Positions 1 to 9,816 of a DNA stretch of 64,000 bases are shown piece after piece. This stretch comes from Candidatus Latescibacterota bacterium (GTDB taxonomy: Bacteria; Latescibacterota; UBA2968; SICM01): assembly GCA_965217865.1 (NCBI GenBank), contig CBDCJO010000002.1, positions 3,840,001-3,904,000 of the forward strand, read 5' to 3'. Every line of letters begins with the position of its first letter. Position 1 is the first letter of the stretch. The translations under genes were made by a program, and so were the position numbers. The notes under the pieces are model-generated. The model was not told the DNA's origin. It saw only the letters and a list, made by a program, of their open reading frames with translations, and made no database searches.

Positions 1-879
1 ATCATCCGTTGTTTGCTGTACTGTGAGACGTTGTCGTCGGCCGACGGATACATCGGAAGGCACCACTCCAGGGCGCCCCTGATCGTGATCAGGCGGAGAT
101 GGGCATCCGAGAGAAGCTCGGTGAGGTTGCCCTGAACCGGGACGCGTGGGGTACCCAGCAGGATGATCTGGCCGTACTGAGCCGTGGCCTTCAGGGCCTG
201 CATCACGACGCGGCTGTCCCCGACGGCATCGACCGTGATATTCCCCATCCGGCCTTCCGTCATCCTTCGTATTTCCGTCAGGACTGTTTCTGCTTCACCG
301 CCGACGGTCTCCGGGATTCCGGAACGTTCGGCGAGTTTTCGCCTAGCTTCGACGGGATCAACGCCGATGACGCGGCAGCCCTTTATCCGGAACGCCTGGG
401 CTGCAAGGTTGCCGACCATCCCGAGCCCGAAGACGATGACCCACGGATTGTCCCGAATTTCAGCGAGGATGATACCGGTTGCGGCAACGCCTGCCATTCG
501 AGACCCCGCAGCTATTTCGGGATCGATGTTTTCAGGTACCGGAATGACTAGTCGAGAAGTGTCATATCGCAGCGCGGAGGCGTGTTTGCCGTAGGTGAAG
601 ACCCGTTGGCCGGACGAAGACCCGCGTCGCCCCATGACCCACGGATCGGACGATCCCGACGTTCGCGAAACCCGAAGGCGAGGGATACGCACACCACGTT
701 CCGGGCTGAAAGACCTTCGGTTCTTTTCCTGTGTAGTTGGCCAGCTCCGTTCCGGTGCTGATGAAGGAGCACTCGGTATCGATAAGGATTTCGTTCGGCC
801 CGAGATTCCCCTCGTCGATCTCCGCTGTCTGCAGTTCGACCTGGTTCTGGCCGGTGACGACAACGTGTTTGATTTTCAC
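1..879 (-). CDS. Zinc-binding (MDR-family) alcohol/sugar dehydrogenase; frameshifted at ~617 as assembled, runs off the window start
   Basis: The N-terminal ORF 562-879 has the MDR motif 'SFISTGTELA...YPSPSGFANVGIV'. After a +1 shift at ~617 the frame reads GQRVFTYGKHAS...VIVFGLGMVGNLAAQ (Rossmann GxGxxG)...VDAVG...IILLGTPR and stays open to position 1. Confidence 0.85.
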
Positions 880-917
880 ACGGCTCTCAGGGGGTATGGT
901 AAGAATATGATCGGAGG

Positions 918-1940
918 CTACGGAACCGGGGCGTCTTCGTGCAACAGCCCCTCGCTTTTCAACTCCGACCAGAGATCCGCTGGGATGGATTGGCGGAACA
1001 GTTTTATATTTGCCTGGACATGGTCAGGGGAAAGCGCGCCTGGGATTATCGCGGCTACGATGGGATGCGCGAGCGGGAACTGCATCGCTGCCGCGGCCAG
1101 GGGCGTATTGTGGCGTTTGCACACGGCTTCGATTCGCCGGGTCTTCTTCAAGATTCCGTCTGATGCGGGTTCATAGGCGTAATATGCGCCTTCTATCGGT
1201 CCTGTCGCGAGAATTCCCGAGGCGAATACAGCGCCGATAACGCCCCCGACATTCCGATCCGCGCATTTTGGGAACTCTTCACCAAGGACATCCTGGTTCA
1301 ACAGGGTGTAGGGGATTGCGACGATGAAAAGGTCCAGGTCGACCATATCCAGAAATCGCGGGATCATGCCCAACTCGTTTATGCCCGCCCCCACGCCCTT
1401 TATTTGCCCGCTCGAGCGAAGTTCGTGGAGTGCCCGCCATCCACTGGTAAACAATTGTCCCAAATACGCGTTGACCCGGGCTTCGGTCTTGTGAAACCAG
1501 AAGTCGAGATCGTGGATGAGGAGCAAGTCGACGGATTGCAAACCGAGGCGCTGCAGGCTGTCTTCATAGGAACGCATGATGCCGTCATAGCTGTAGTCAT
1601 AATCGAATTCAAAGGGGAGACCTCCTGCCCAGAATCCGCCATCGAACGCATCCAGGTCTCGTGTGGGCTTGAGAACGCGGCCGACTTTTGTTGAAATCAC
1701 GAAGTCCTGTCTGGATTGTTGACGAAGAAAATGTCCTAATCGATGTTCGCTCCGGCCGTACCCATAGAAGGGGGCGGTGTCGAAATAGCGAACGCCAACA
1801 TCCCACGCGGCCTGCAATGTTCTCTGCGCCTGTTCTTCGCTGATTGTCTCAAACAGGTTTCCAAGGGGTGCGCACCCAAATCCCAATTGGGTGACGACGG
1901 CATCTGATTTTCCTATTTTGGACTTTTTTATTTCAGGCAT
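918..1940 (-). CDS. Aldo/keto reductase (D-threo-aldose 1-dehydrogenase-like)
   Basis: AKR motifs LGFGCAPLGNL, YFDTAPFYGYGRSE, STKVGR, 'DYSYDGIMRSYEDSLQRLGL..VDLLLIHD'. Confidence 0.9.
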   Translation of the reverse strand: MPEIKKSKIGKSDAVVTQLGFGCAPLGNLFETISEEQAQRTLQAAWDVGVRYFDTAPFYGYGRSEHRLGHFLRQQSRQDFVISTKVGRVLKPTRDLDAFDGGFWAGGLPFEFDYDYSYDGIMRSYEDSLQRLGLQSVDLLLIHDLDFWFHKTEARVNAYLGQLFTSGWRALHELRSSGQIKGVGAGINELGMIPRFLDMVDLDLFIVAIPYTLLNQDVLGEEFPKCADRNVGGVIGAVFASGILATGPIEGAYYAYEPASDGILKKTRRIEAVCKRHNTPLAAAAMQFPLAHPIVAAIIPGALSPDHVQANIKLFRQSIPADLWSELKSEGLLHEDAPVP

Positions 1941-2048
1941 TGAAAATTGCTCCTATTCAAGAGCGGTTCAAACAGCCCAGGCAATGTGCAAAACTTGCAG
2001 GATGTGATCTGGTGTTAACGAGCTTAAAGCCCCTTTGGAATTTGTCGA

Positions 2049-2378
2049 TCACTTTGCCGGAAGCGACAGGACGAATTCGAGAGCCCGATCGACCCAGGCC
2101 TGTATATCTTCATCGGATTCGAAGCCGTCCGATCCGACGTATACAAAGCCTTTCAATGGTTTCCCGGTGAAATCCATCTTTCGGGTGTGCGGCTGCGTCA
2201 GTGCGGTTTCATGCCCTTCGGGGCCGACCCTCACCATCAGCTCCTCTCCGATTACGCCGCAGCACATGTTCCCCCGCACCATGAAGGCAAGTCCGCCGAA
2301 CATCTTTTTCTCGACGACGTTCGACTGACGCGGAAGGGATTCACGGACTCGCTGTGCCACACCGTCATCGTATGCCAT
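2049..2378 (-). CDS. TfoX/Sxy N-terminal domain family protein
   Basis: 'EKKMFGGLAFMVRGNMCCGV...LMVRVG...MDFTGKPLKGFVYV' is typical of the family. Confidence 0.88.
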   Translation of the reverse strand: MAYDDGVAQRVRESLPRQSNVVEKKMFGGLAFMVRGNMCCGVIGEELMVRVGPEGHETALTQPHTRKMDFTGKPLKGFVYVGSDGFESDEDIQAWVDRALEFVLSLPAK

Positions 2379-2381
2379 TCG

Positions 2382-3482
2382 TCATTCCTCAACGGGGGGG
2401 AGAGACTCGAATTCCGCCAGCGGTGCCATGTACACGTTACAATAACCCTCGCGGTCGGATGTGAAAACCACGTTCTTTCCGTCGGGCGAGATCCTCGGGT
2501 GGGGATGGGCTTGTTGAATGTGCATGGATGAGTCGTGCCGGCAAAGGACGCGAGGCCCAGAGTAACGCCCATTCTCCCATTTCCACGTGCGGATCACCCC
2601 GTCCCCGTCCCCCACGATGACATTTTCATCGTGCGAGAAGATGTGTCCTGTCTGTCCGGGAAAATCGGCCTCGAATCGATCGGTGTCGTCGTAACGAACC
2701 CGGCCCAGGATCGGCCTTCCGTCCACTCGCCCCCCGTGGTATCCGATGCGGACACCGTCCGCATACCAGTACTCGTGGCCGACCCGTTCTCCCTCGGATG
2801 TGGGCCGGATCTTCCACGCTTTTCCGGTTGTGGGTTCAAGCCCCCAGATCCTGCAGTCGACTCGGTCCCAGGGACCTTCGTGGCAGAAGGTCAGAAGGTT
2901 GTCACGCACCGGCGATGTGTTGACGTGTCCGATCCAGTATTTCTCCTCGTATGAGACTCGTCCCCCGCTTCCGTCCGTGGCGACCTCGAGGATCTGGCTT
3001 AAGGGTTTCGCCTCCCAAATCTCAGCAAATCCGACGTAGCCTCTGAGCAGGTCCTCCCACGTCCCGCAGTAAACGTATCGGCCATCCGCTGAGCAGTTCG
3101 TCATGGAAACGCACCAGCGGGGATCGATCTCATACAGGACGCGGGTCCCCCCGGCGATCAGGTCCAGGGCAAGCAATCTCAAGTCGTGCCAGAAGTAAAC
3201 CTCCTCCCGGACGGGGTTCTTGCAAGCCCTAAGAAATTCGAGTTCCCGGGGCGGGGGAACGGGCTCGAGGTCCGTGAGTTGCTCGATGTGTCCCGTAACC
3301 AGATCCACGCCGAAGAGATTCGTCCGGTTGTTCCGGTCGGAACTGATGAGCAACTTCCGCCCCCTGTCATACCATCCCGGATTCGTGAAATAGAAGTGAT
3401 GGCTGTGCCCCTTGTAGTCCGTGAATTGGGTCACTTCGACGCCGGAACAGGCATCCTTAACGATTCGCATTTCCAGCGACAT
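2382..3482 (-). CDS. Oligogalacturonate lyase family beta-propeller protein
   Basis: 'HHFYFT', 'GHVNTSP', 'FCHEGPW', 'GHEYW', 'HPHPRISPDG..VVFTSDREG' match Ogl motifs. The ATG at 3482 has a GGGAG RBS. Confidence 0.85.
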   Translation of the reverse strand: MSLEMRIVKDACSGVEVTQFTDYKGHSHHFYFTNPGWYDRGRKLLISSDRNNRTNLFGVDLVTGHIEQLTDLEPVPPPRELEFLRACKNPVREEVYFWHDLRLLALDLIAGGTRVLYEIDPRWCVSMTNCSADGRYVYCGTWEDLLRGYVGFAEIWEAKPLSQILEVATDGSGGRVSYEEKYWIGHVNTSPVRDNLLTFCHEGPWDRVDCRIWGLEPTTGKAWKIRPTSEGERVGHEYWYADGVRIGYHGGRVDGRPILGRVRYDDTDRFEADFPGQTGHIFSHDENVIVGDGDGVIRTWKWENGRYSGPRVLCRHDSSMHIQQAHPHPRISPDGKNVVFTSDREGYCNVYMAPLAEFESLPPVEE

Positions 3483-3557
3483 TTCAAACTCCCGAACTGA
3501 TCTCAAGAAGGGTAAAGCAGGTTGACCGGCCTGACAGGTTCACTTCCGAACCCTAAA

Positions 3558-3585
3558 AATATAACGCTGTGCGGCAATGAGGCAA
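3558..3585 (-). promoter_or_regulatory. Putative sigma70 promoter for the ogl-tfoX genes
   Basis: Minus strand TTGCCT-16 nt-TATATT. Confidence 0.4.
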
Positions 3586-3616
3586 TGTTTATATAGGAGT
3601 ACGGTGACCGAAACAT

Positions 3617-3659
3617 AAAAAAGGCAACCGCGCCCGTATTCCAGCGGAACAGCTGCCTT
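3617..3659 (-). terminator. Rho-independent terminator after the HlyD gene
   Basis: Minus strand AAGGCAGCTG...CGGTTGCCTT stem (with G-U pairs) followed by a U tract. Confidence 0.7.
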
Positions 3660-3695
3660 GGTGATGAGGTCTCGAACTGGTGTCGATGGAAGATC

Positions 3696-4826
3696 TTATT
3701 CTCCCGAGTCTCCATTTCCACGGGGTGAAATCCCCGTATCGTGGTCCACATATTTCCAGATGTCGTCTTCATAGCCCAGCAAGATTTTCAGGATTCCCCG
3801 TCTTCCGACGATGATGCGGGCGTCGGCCGTGGAACCGAGTGGGGGAGGGACGACGGCATTGTTTATCTTGACTTTGATCTCGAACGTTCGCTCCCCCCGG
3901 TCGTCGACCCCGTAGGGATAGGTCTGGATCACTTCGCCGGTTGAGAGGAATTCCTCCCGGTCCATAAAGACATTGCTCAGGATCTGGACGGGCTGGCCTC
4001 GTCTGACCTTCCAGACATTGATCTCCTTGATCCAGGCCCTGAGGATGGAACCCTCACCGCGGGCGATGATCATGACGATGTCTCCCTGGTCCGCTACCAT
4101 GCCGGGATGGACATCGACGCGGACGACGATCCCGTCCTCAGGGGCCTTGAGGGTCGTACCTTCGAGGATATTCCGGGCGAGTTCCAGAGTGTGCTGGGCT
4201 TTGACAAGAGATGCCCGGGAGGCCTCCACTTCCGCGTCGGCCTCCTTGATCTTGGCGATCGAGGTCCCCAACTGTACGGCCTTGAGGTTTTCCACGGAAA
4301 TTTCGTGCACGGATTTTGCGAGTTCGAAGCGGGTCCTTGCGGTTTCCTCCTCGGATCGGGTGATGAGTTCTCTTGCCCAAAGGTTATCCGTTCGGCGAAG
4401 TTTCTGAAGCTCTGCGTCGAAGTTGATCTTCGCCGATCGGACCCGGGCTTCCGCCATTCGGACCTCCTCGGGTAGGGGCTGCGCTTTGAGGTGCTCGAGC
4501 CTCGCCTTTGCCATTTCGAGATTGGCATCCGCGTACCGGACCTCATCTTCTGCCGTTACCACGTCTGAGATCAAGTCGGCATCCTCGAGCTGGGCGATGG
4601 TCTGACCCTTTTTGATCTGAGTACCTTCATAAGCGTGAATTTTCTTCACGACGCGCTTGAACGGGGCGTCGATATAGATCTTTCCCTCGGGTTCCACAAC
4701 GCCCGTGGCCATCACGACATCGTCCATCGGGATCGTCCAGAGGACCGCAAGTATGATGGCGATCGCGGTAACGATTCCGATGGCCCATTTCGGCCATTTG
4801 GGGAATGTCTTTCTTCTTCCCATCAT
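3696..4826 (-). CDS. HlyD-family periplasmic adaptor (membrane fusion protein)
   Basis: N-terminal TM helix, 'ATGVVEP', lipoyl halves 'EGTQIKKGQTIAQL' and 'LKAPEDGIV', long coiled coil. Confidence 0.9.
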   Translation of the reverse strand: MMGRRKTFPKWPKWAIGIVTAIAIILAVLWTIPMDDVVMATGVVEPEGKIYIDAPFKRVVKKIHAYEGTQIKKGQTIAQLEDADLISDVVTAEDEVRYADANLEMAKARLEHLKAQPLPEEVRMAEARVRSAKINFDAELQKLRRTDNLWARELITRSEEETARTRFELAKSVHEISVENLKAVQLGTSIAKIKEADAEVEASRASLVKAQHTLELARNILEGTTLKAPEDGIVVRVDVHPGMVADQGDIVMIIARGEGSILRAWIKEINVWKVRRGQPVQILSNVFMDREEFLSTGEVIQTYPYGVDDRGERTFEIKVKINNAVVPPPLGSTADARIIVGRRGILKILLGYEDDIWKYVDHDTGISPRGNGDSGE

Positions 4827-4853
4827 AGGATATTTCTTCCGTTCAGATCCGGT

Positions 4854-6791
4854 TCAAGCCGCCACGATTCTCTTCTGCCTTTTCGCCTCCTCCGGGGGGG
4901 ACTTGAGGTCCAAGAACCGGATCTGCGATTCGAAGAGCTCGTAGAAGGCCCCCCGTTCCAGGACCAGTTTGTCGTAGGTCCCCTGTTCGACAAGCCGCCC
5001 AGCCTTCAACACAAGGATGAGGTCCGCTTCACGGCACATGGCCACCTTCTGGGTGACCACAAAGGTCGTCCGGTGAAGCGCCATCCGCTCCACGGTCCTC
5101 CTGACGCGTCCCTCGGTCTCAGCATCCAGGGCCGACGTGGTGTCGTCAAGGATCAGGACCGAGGGATTCGTGATCATCGTCATGGCCATGGACATCCGCT
5201 GCTTCTGTCCGCCTGAAAGCGAGACCCCTTCTTCCCCGATCTCGGTCTCGTAGGTTTTCGGCAGCGAAGAGATAAAATCGTGCAGCTCCGCCTGTTTGGA
5301 CGCCTCCTCGACATCCTGGTGCGATGCCTTCGGGAGGCCGTACCGGATGTTGGAATCCATGGTCCCTGAGAAGAGGATCGGCTCCTGGGGAACGACCCTG
5401 ACGTGATTCCGGAGCGATTCCAGGTTGATGTCCCTAATGTCCTCGCCGTCGAGGGTGATCCGGCCTTCGGTCGGGTCGTAGAGCCTGGGGAGCAGATTAA
5501 CCAGTGAGCTTTTGCCGGCCCCCGATTCCCCCACGACGCACACCATGGATCCCGGCATCACGGCGAAACTGACATCCCTGAGGGTATCGTCCGGGGCACC
5601 CTCGTAGCGGAGTGTGACGTGCCTGAAGATCACCTCGCCGTATACCTCCTCCATGTCGATCCCTTCTTCGGGGTCTTCGATTCGGATCTCCTCGTCCAGG
5701 ACCTCGAACACCCGCGTCAGCGCCGTCATGACCACCTGTATGGATACGTTCATGTCCGAGAGGGCTACGATCGGCCTGAACAGAAGGCCCATGGAGCCAT
5801 AGAAGAAGAGAAAATTACCCAGGGTCATCGCACCTTCCCGCATGGCGACGATCCCGAGATATACCACGACCGTGGTCCCGATCCCGCTGATCAAGCCGCA
5901 GAGCGTGCCCAGAAAGGTACCCAGGACGGCTCTCCTGTTCAGGGTTCGAAGATAGTTCGAGAGTTTGCTGAAGAAGCGAAGGGTCTCCTGGCCCTCCCGG
6001 GCGAAGGCTTTAACGACGCGGACACCGTTCAAATTATCGCTGATCGCCCCATAGACATCGGCGTTTCTTTCCCGAACGGCCTTATTGACCGCGCGGATTC
6101 GGCTTTTGAAAATCCGGTAGGTGATGGCATAGAACGGAAGCGTGCAGAAGGCCACGAACGACATATCCGCGTTGATGTTCAGCAGAATCAATGTCCCGAT
6201 CAGAAGCATCGTGATGTTCGACACCAAGCTGATGAAGACATCCGAGACGCTGGATTGCACGACATCAACGTCGTCCATCACACGGGCCATGATCTTCCCC
6301 GTGTCCTGGCGGTCGAAGTATGAAAGCTGGAGCTTCTGGAGTTTGTCGTAAACCTGCTTTCGAAGGTTGTAGACCAGATCCTCCCCGACCTTAGCGATCG
6401 TGGCGGAGTAGCCCCATTGGAGGAACGCAAAGAAGATCCGAACGAAGATGAAGCTGATGAATATCCACTTGACAAGGTAGAGCTTTTCGGCCTGGGCGCG
6501 CATGGCCGGAGGCCGTTCCCCTCTGACTGCACCAGGCCTTGCCCGATCGTCTCGGATCGTGCGTCTCGTACGATCCGTGCCTCTTTTGAACCGTTCATCC
6601 GAAGGGATGCCCCCCGAGATTATCTCTTCCCCGGACGTACGGATCTGGAGGACGTGATCCACCATCGTCATGCTCAGGAATCCGAGGGTAAAGGAGGATG
6701 TGGAAGAGACCTGTGCCGCCATCAGGGCGAGGAGGATCCACTTCCATTGAGGTTTCAGATAGTTCTTAAAGAGACGACCGAGTTTATTCAT
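4854..6791 (-). CDS. ABC exporter half-transporter (TMD+NBD), degenerate-site subunit
   Basis: Walker A GESGAGKS, signature LSGGQ, Walker B ILDD (catalytic E to D), H-switch replaced (VTQK). Confidence 0.93.
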   Translation of the reverse strand: MNKLGRLFKNYLKPQWKWILLALMAAQVSSTSSFTLGFLSMTMVDHVLQIRTSGEEIISGGIPSDERFKRGTDRTRRTIRDDRARPGAVRGERPPAMRAQAEKLYLVKWIFISFIFVRIFFAFLQWGYSATIAKVGEDLVYNLRKQVYDKLQKLQLSYFDRQDTGKIMARVMDDVDVVQSSVSDVFISLVSNITMLLIGTLILLNINADMSFVAFCTLPFYAITYRIFKSRIRAVNKAVRERNADVYGAISDNLNGVRVVKAFAREGQETLRFFSKLSNYLRTLNRRAVLGTFLGTLCGLISGIGTTVVVYLGIVAMREGAMTLGNFLFFYGSMGLLFRPIVALSDMNVSIQVVMTALTRVFEVLDEEIRIEDPEEGIDMEEVYGEVIFRHVTLRYEGAPDDTLRDVSFAVMPGSMVCVVGESGAGKSSLVNLLPRLYDPTEGRITLDGEDIRDINLESLRNHVRVVPQEPILFSGTMDSNIRYGLPKASHQDVEEASKQAELHDFISSLPKTYETEIGEEGVSLSGGQKQRMSMAMTMITNPSVLILDDTTSALDAETEGRVRRTVERMALHRTTFVVTQKVAMCREADLILVLKAGRLVEQGTYDKLVLERGAFYELFESQIRFLDLKSPPEEAKRQKRIVAA

Positions 6792-6929
6792 AAAAAGGTT
6801 GTCGTGCCCCCGGTTTCAGAGTTGAGCGGAAAAAGGTGCCAACGGCAATGTTAAGAGAATAGCGGTAGACGAAGTGTGGTGGTCGGAGGATTGGGACCCT
6901 GATCCCCGGCCCCCGATATTCCACCCACT

Positions 6930-8678
6930 TCAAGCGGCTTCCTCCTGTCGGCCTCGAGAGAACTGCTCATCGTAGAGTTGACGGTAGGTCCCCCCGGGGT
7001 TCTCAAGGAGTTCCGTATTCGTACCCATCTCAACGATTTGTCCAGCCTCCATCGCCACGATCAGGTCCGCGTTGACGATCGTAGAAAGGCGGTGCGCGAT
7101 CACGAAGGACGTACGTTCCTTCATGACGTTATCGAGGGCCTTTTGTATGAGGGATTCCGATCTCGAGTCGAGTGAAGAGGTCGCCTCATCCAGGACGATG
7201 ATACCGGGGTTGGTGATCAGGGCCCGTGCGATCGACATCCTTTGCTTCTCTCCGACGGACAGCCTGATGCCTTCCTCTCCGCCGATTTTGGTGTCATAGC
7301 CTTCGGGTTTGCCTGCGATGAAATCGTGAATTTCGGAAATTTTCGCGATTCGGACCATCTCCGGGTCCTCCACTTCCTTCTTCCCGTAGCGAAGGTTCCC
7401 GCGGATCGTGGTGTTGAAGAGGATCGACTCCTGAAGGACCGCCCCGATTTGTCTCCGGAGGGACTTAAGCGTCACCTTTGATATGTCGTGTCCGTCGATA
7501 AGGATCTGGCCCGATTTGATATCGTAAAACCGCATCAGAAGGCTGGCCAGTGTCGTCTTGCCGCATCCGGTACGTCCCACAAGGGCGACCGTCGACCCGG
7601 GATCGATCTTGAGATTGATCCCCTTCAGGACGGGTTCGCCCGGGACGTACTCGAACCAGACGTCCCGGAACTCCACGTGCCCTTTGATGGGGGGGAGTTC
7701 GTAAGTGTCCGGGGCCTCTTTCACTTCCGGTTCTGCGTCCAGGACTTCGAAGACCCGATCCACGGAGACCGCGGTCTGCTGAAGCATGTTGGAGATAAAC
7801 GCAAATCTGAGCGCAGGCTGGATGACGCGAAAAACGAAGGCGCCGAATGCGGCGACATCACCGTAGGTCATCTTTCCCATGATGACCATATAGCATCCGA
7901 TGCAGTAAATCGTGGTATAGCCGAGACCGTTGATCATGTCCGAAACACCGGAGAAGCCCGCAGTCAACTTGGTGGCGTCCAGGGTTTCGTTCCGAACATC
8001 CCACGTGCCCTCGGAAAAAGCTTCTGATTCCATCTCTTCGTTCTGAAATGTTCGAACCAGTCGCGTACCCCTGATCCGCTCTTGCATGCTGTCGGCCACG
8101 TCATCCATCTTCTGCCACGCGGATTTATTTTTCTGGCGGATCCGCTTCATAAAGAAACGGTAATTGAGGTGGTAGAACGGGATGATGGTGAGTGTAATCA
8201 GGGCTAACTGCCAGCTGAAGTAGAAGAGCATCACGACGCCGACACAGAAGGAGATCAGGTCGTTCACGATGAAGATCGTTCGCGATGTGACCATTCTCTG
8301 GAGACGGCCGACGTCGCTGATGATCCGTTTCATCAGTTTTCCCGTCCCCATCGTCTCGAAAAATCGGAGGGAGAGTTGCTGGATATGCCGGAAGAGCTCG
8401 CCTCGAACGTTGAACACGAGGCGCTGGCCGATAAACGTGAGGATCAATCGATTCCAGAGATTCAGCCCTGCGGATTGAACGTTCATCACAAGCAACACCA
8501 GCAGGATCGCCGGTGCCATATCCCACTTTCCGGCTCCTACCACATCATCTATGATGTAGCGGATCACCAGGGGGGGGACCATTCCCAGAAGGGTCATGAT
8601 CACCGTGAGGAAGAGGGCCAAGAGGATCCGGCCCCGGAAAGGCCGGATGAAGCGGAGGATTTTCCAGAGGGAGCTCAT
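6930..8678 (-). CDS. ABC exporter half-transporter (TMD+NBD), consensus-site subunit
   Basis: Walker A GRTGCGKT, Walker B VLDEAT, H-switch IAHRLS, degenerate signature LSVGE. ATG at 8678 (MSSLWK) with GGAAGGA upstream. Confidence 0.93.
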   Translation of the reverse strand: MSSLWKILRFIRPFRGRILLALFLTVIMTLLGMVPPLVIRYIIDDVVGAGKWDMAPAILLVLLVMNVQSAGLNLWNRLILTFIGQRLVFNVRGELFRHIQQLSLRFFETMGTGKLMKRIISDVGRLQRMVTSRTIFIVNDLISFCVGVVMLFYFSWQLALITLTIIPFYHLNYRFFMKRIRQKNKSAWQKMDDVADSMQERIRGTRLVRTFQNEEMESEAFSEGTWDVRNETLDATKLTAGFSGVSDMINGLGYTTIYCIGCYMVIMGKMTYGDVAAFGAFVFRVIQPALRFAFISNMLQQTAVSVDRVFEVLDAEPEVKEAPDTYELPPIKGHVEFRDVWFEYVPGEPVLKGINLKIDPGSTVALVGRTGCGKTTLASLLMRFYDIKSGQILIDGHDISKVTLKSLRRQIGAVLQESILFNTTIRGNLRYGKKEVEDPEMVRIAKISEIHDFIAGKPEGYDTKIGGEEGIRLSVGEKQRMSIARALITNPGIIVLDEATSSLDSRSESLIQKALDNVMKERTSFVIAHRLSTIVNADLIVAMEAGQIVEMGTNTELLENPGGTYRQLYDEQFSRGRQEEAA

Positions 8679-8697
8679 CCCGATCCTTCCAGAAAAC

Positions 8698-8732
8698 AAA
8701 AAGCCGCACAAACCCTTGCGGGAGTGGCGGCT
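8698..8732 (-). terminator. Terminator-like hairpin immediately upstream of the ABC operon RBS
   Basis: Minus strand AGCCGC...CCC-GCAA-GGG...GCGGCT followed by a U tract. Confidence 0.4.
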
Positions 8733-8986
8733 ATATTAACAGATGTCACAAAGAGCGTCCGGAGACCGGCACGTCCGGACCGTCGTTCTGAACCGATTAA
8801 TCCCCCGCGATTGAATCGGGCGGAACTGTCCCTTTCCTCGAACAGACCGGCGAACAGAAGGGTCCGGTTTTTTGGAAAGTTCCCGATCTCGGGAGGTTCG
8901 TCGGATTCTTCGGATTCTAAAGGGTCTCGATTGGAGCTGTTCTCTTCGGTCGAACCGGATCGAGAGCACCCATCGGGTGCGGTCAT

Positions 8987-9022
8987 AAAAAAAGCCGCTT
9001 CCCCTGTACTGAGAGATGCGGC
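8987..9022 (-). terminator. Rho-independent terminator ending the candidate leader/ncRNA
   Basis: Minus strand GCCGC-A-TCTCT-loop-AGGGG-AA-GCGGC followed by U7. Confidence 0.75.
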
Positions 9023-9231
9023 ACCTATTGAATGTCGCCAGGGGGGAATTACCGGCTGGAAGGCCGCTGAACGCGGCGTTGGGCTTCCAGTTTTAAATCA
9101 AAAGAGATAATTCTCAAGTGTCTTTCGACTCTTGATTACCTCCCCCGGGCAACAGTGAAATGGATAAAACGGGTTGGAACACAGGTGTGAATGGATTCTC
9201 AAATCGGTAAGTTTGGATATAAAATCTCGTT
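8987..9231 (-). ncRNA. Candidate ~245-nt structured RNA (sRNA or regulatory leader) of no family I recognise
   Basis: Bounded by a promoter and a terminator. Contains a closing stem, a GAAA-tetraloop hairpin and a second hairpin; the G-U pairs work only on the minus strand. Confidence 0.45.
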
Positions 9232-9237
9232 GATGAA

Positions 9238-9266
9238 ACAATAAGAAAGATCCCTTACGAAGTCAA
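9238..9266 (-). promoter_or_regulatory. Putative sigma70 promoter
   Basis: Minus strand TTGACT-17 nt-TATTGT. Confidence 0.6.
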
Positions 9267-9787
9267 GGGAAACAGCCGAAGAGATGGCTAAGAAATGCAT
9301 ATTTTCTTCTCGTTTATCAAGTCGCTCGAAAACGACTCTTGTAAATGGATTCCTATCAGGACAAAATATTCACTTCGAGGATTACTGAACGGCGAGACGC
9401 TGTCAGGATCCCAGCTTCCCGAGTACAAAAGCACAACTCTATTGGACCGTCCTCCTGGGGAAATACAACCTCCAGCAGACAGATTATTTCCACAGCGAAA
9501 GGAATCCAATGATCCGTCCAGGTGGATCGTATAGCTTAAGATTCTATAAATTAAGAATGTTATACATTAATTCGGCAATAGCTGGACTGTCACGGAATAC
9601 GTTTTGGGTGATGATGCAAGGTGGCCAGGACGAAATAATAATAGGAAGACAGCGAAAGGGCATTCACCCCATGACTTGTTCATCGGGGCCATCCATCCAG
9701 GAATGTCCAGTTTAACAAGAAGAAAACTCCGTATTTGACAGGTCAGAAATGGCTAAAAATCAAGGCCAAGGAGAGGGTCCGAATTTC

Positions 9788-9816
9788 TTGACTATTTATG
9801 ATTTAAGCATTATATT
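9788..9816 (+). promoter_or_regulatory. Putative sigma70 promoter for the PilZ-like gene
   Basis: TTGACT-17 nt-TATATT. Confidence 0.6.

Noticed and set aside
600-630. Programmed frameshift in the MDR dehydrogenase
   Set aside because: No slippery heptamer or stimulatory structure. Removing one T restores the frame, consistent with the other small indels (sequencing error or recent mutation).
8675-8986. 103-aa minus-strand ORF whose stop overlaps the ABC start (ATGA)
   Set aside because: It starts directly in the terminator U tract with no RBS and has no recognisable motifs; probably spurious.
9060-9090. GCCCAAC-GCCGCGTTCAGCGGC resembles an integron attC end
   Set aside because: No matching GTTRRRY partner at a suitable spacing, no cassette array and no integrase.
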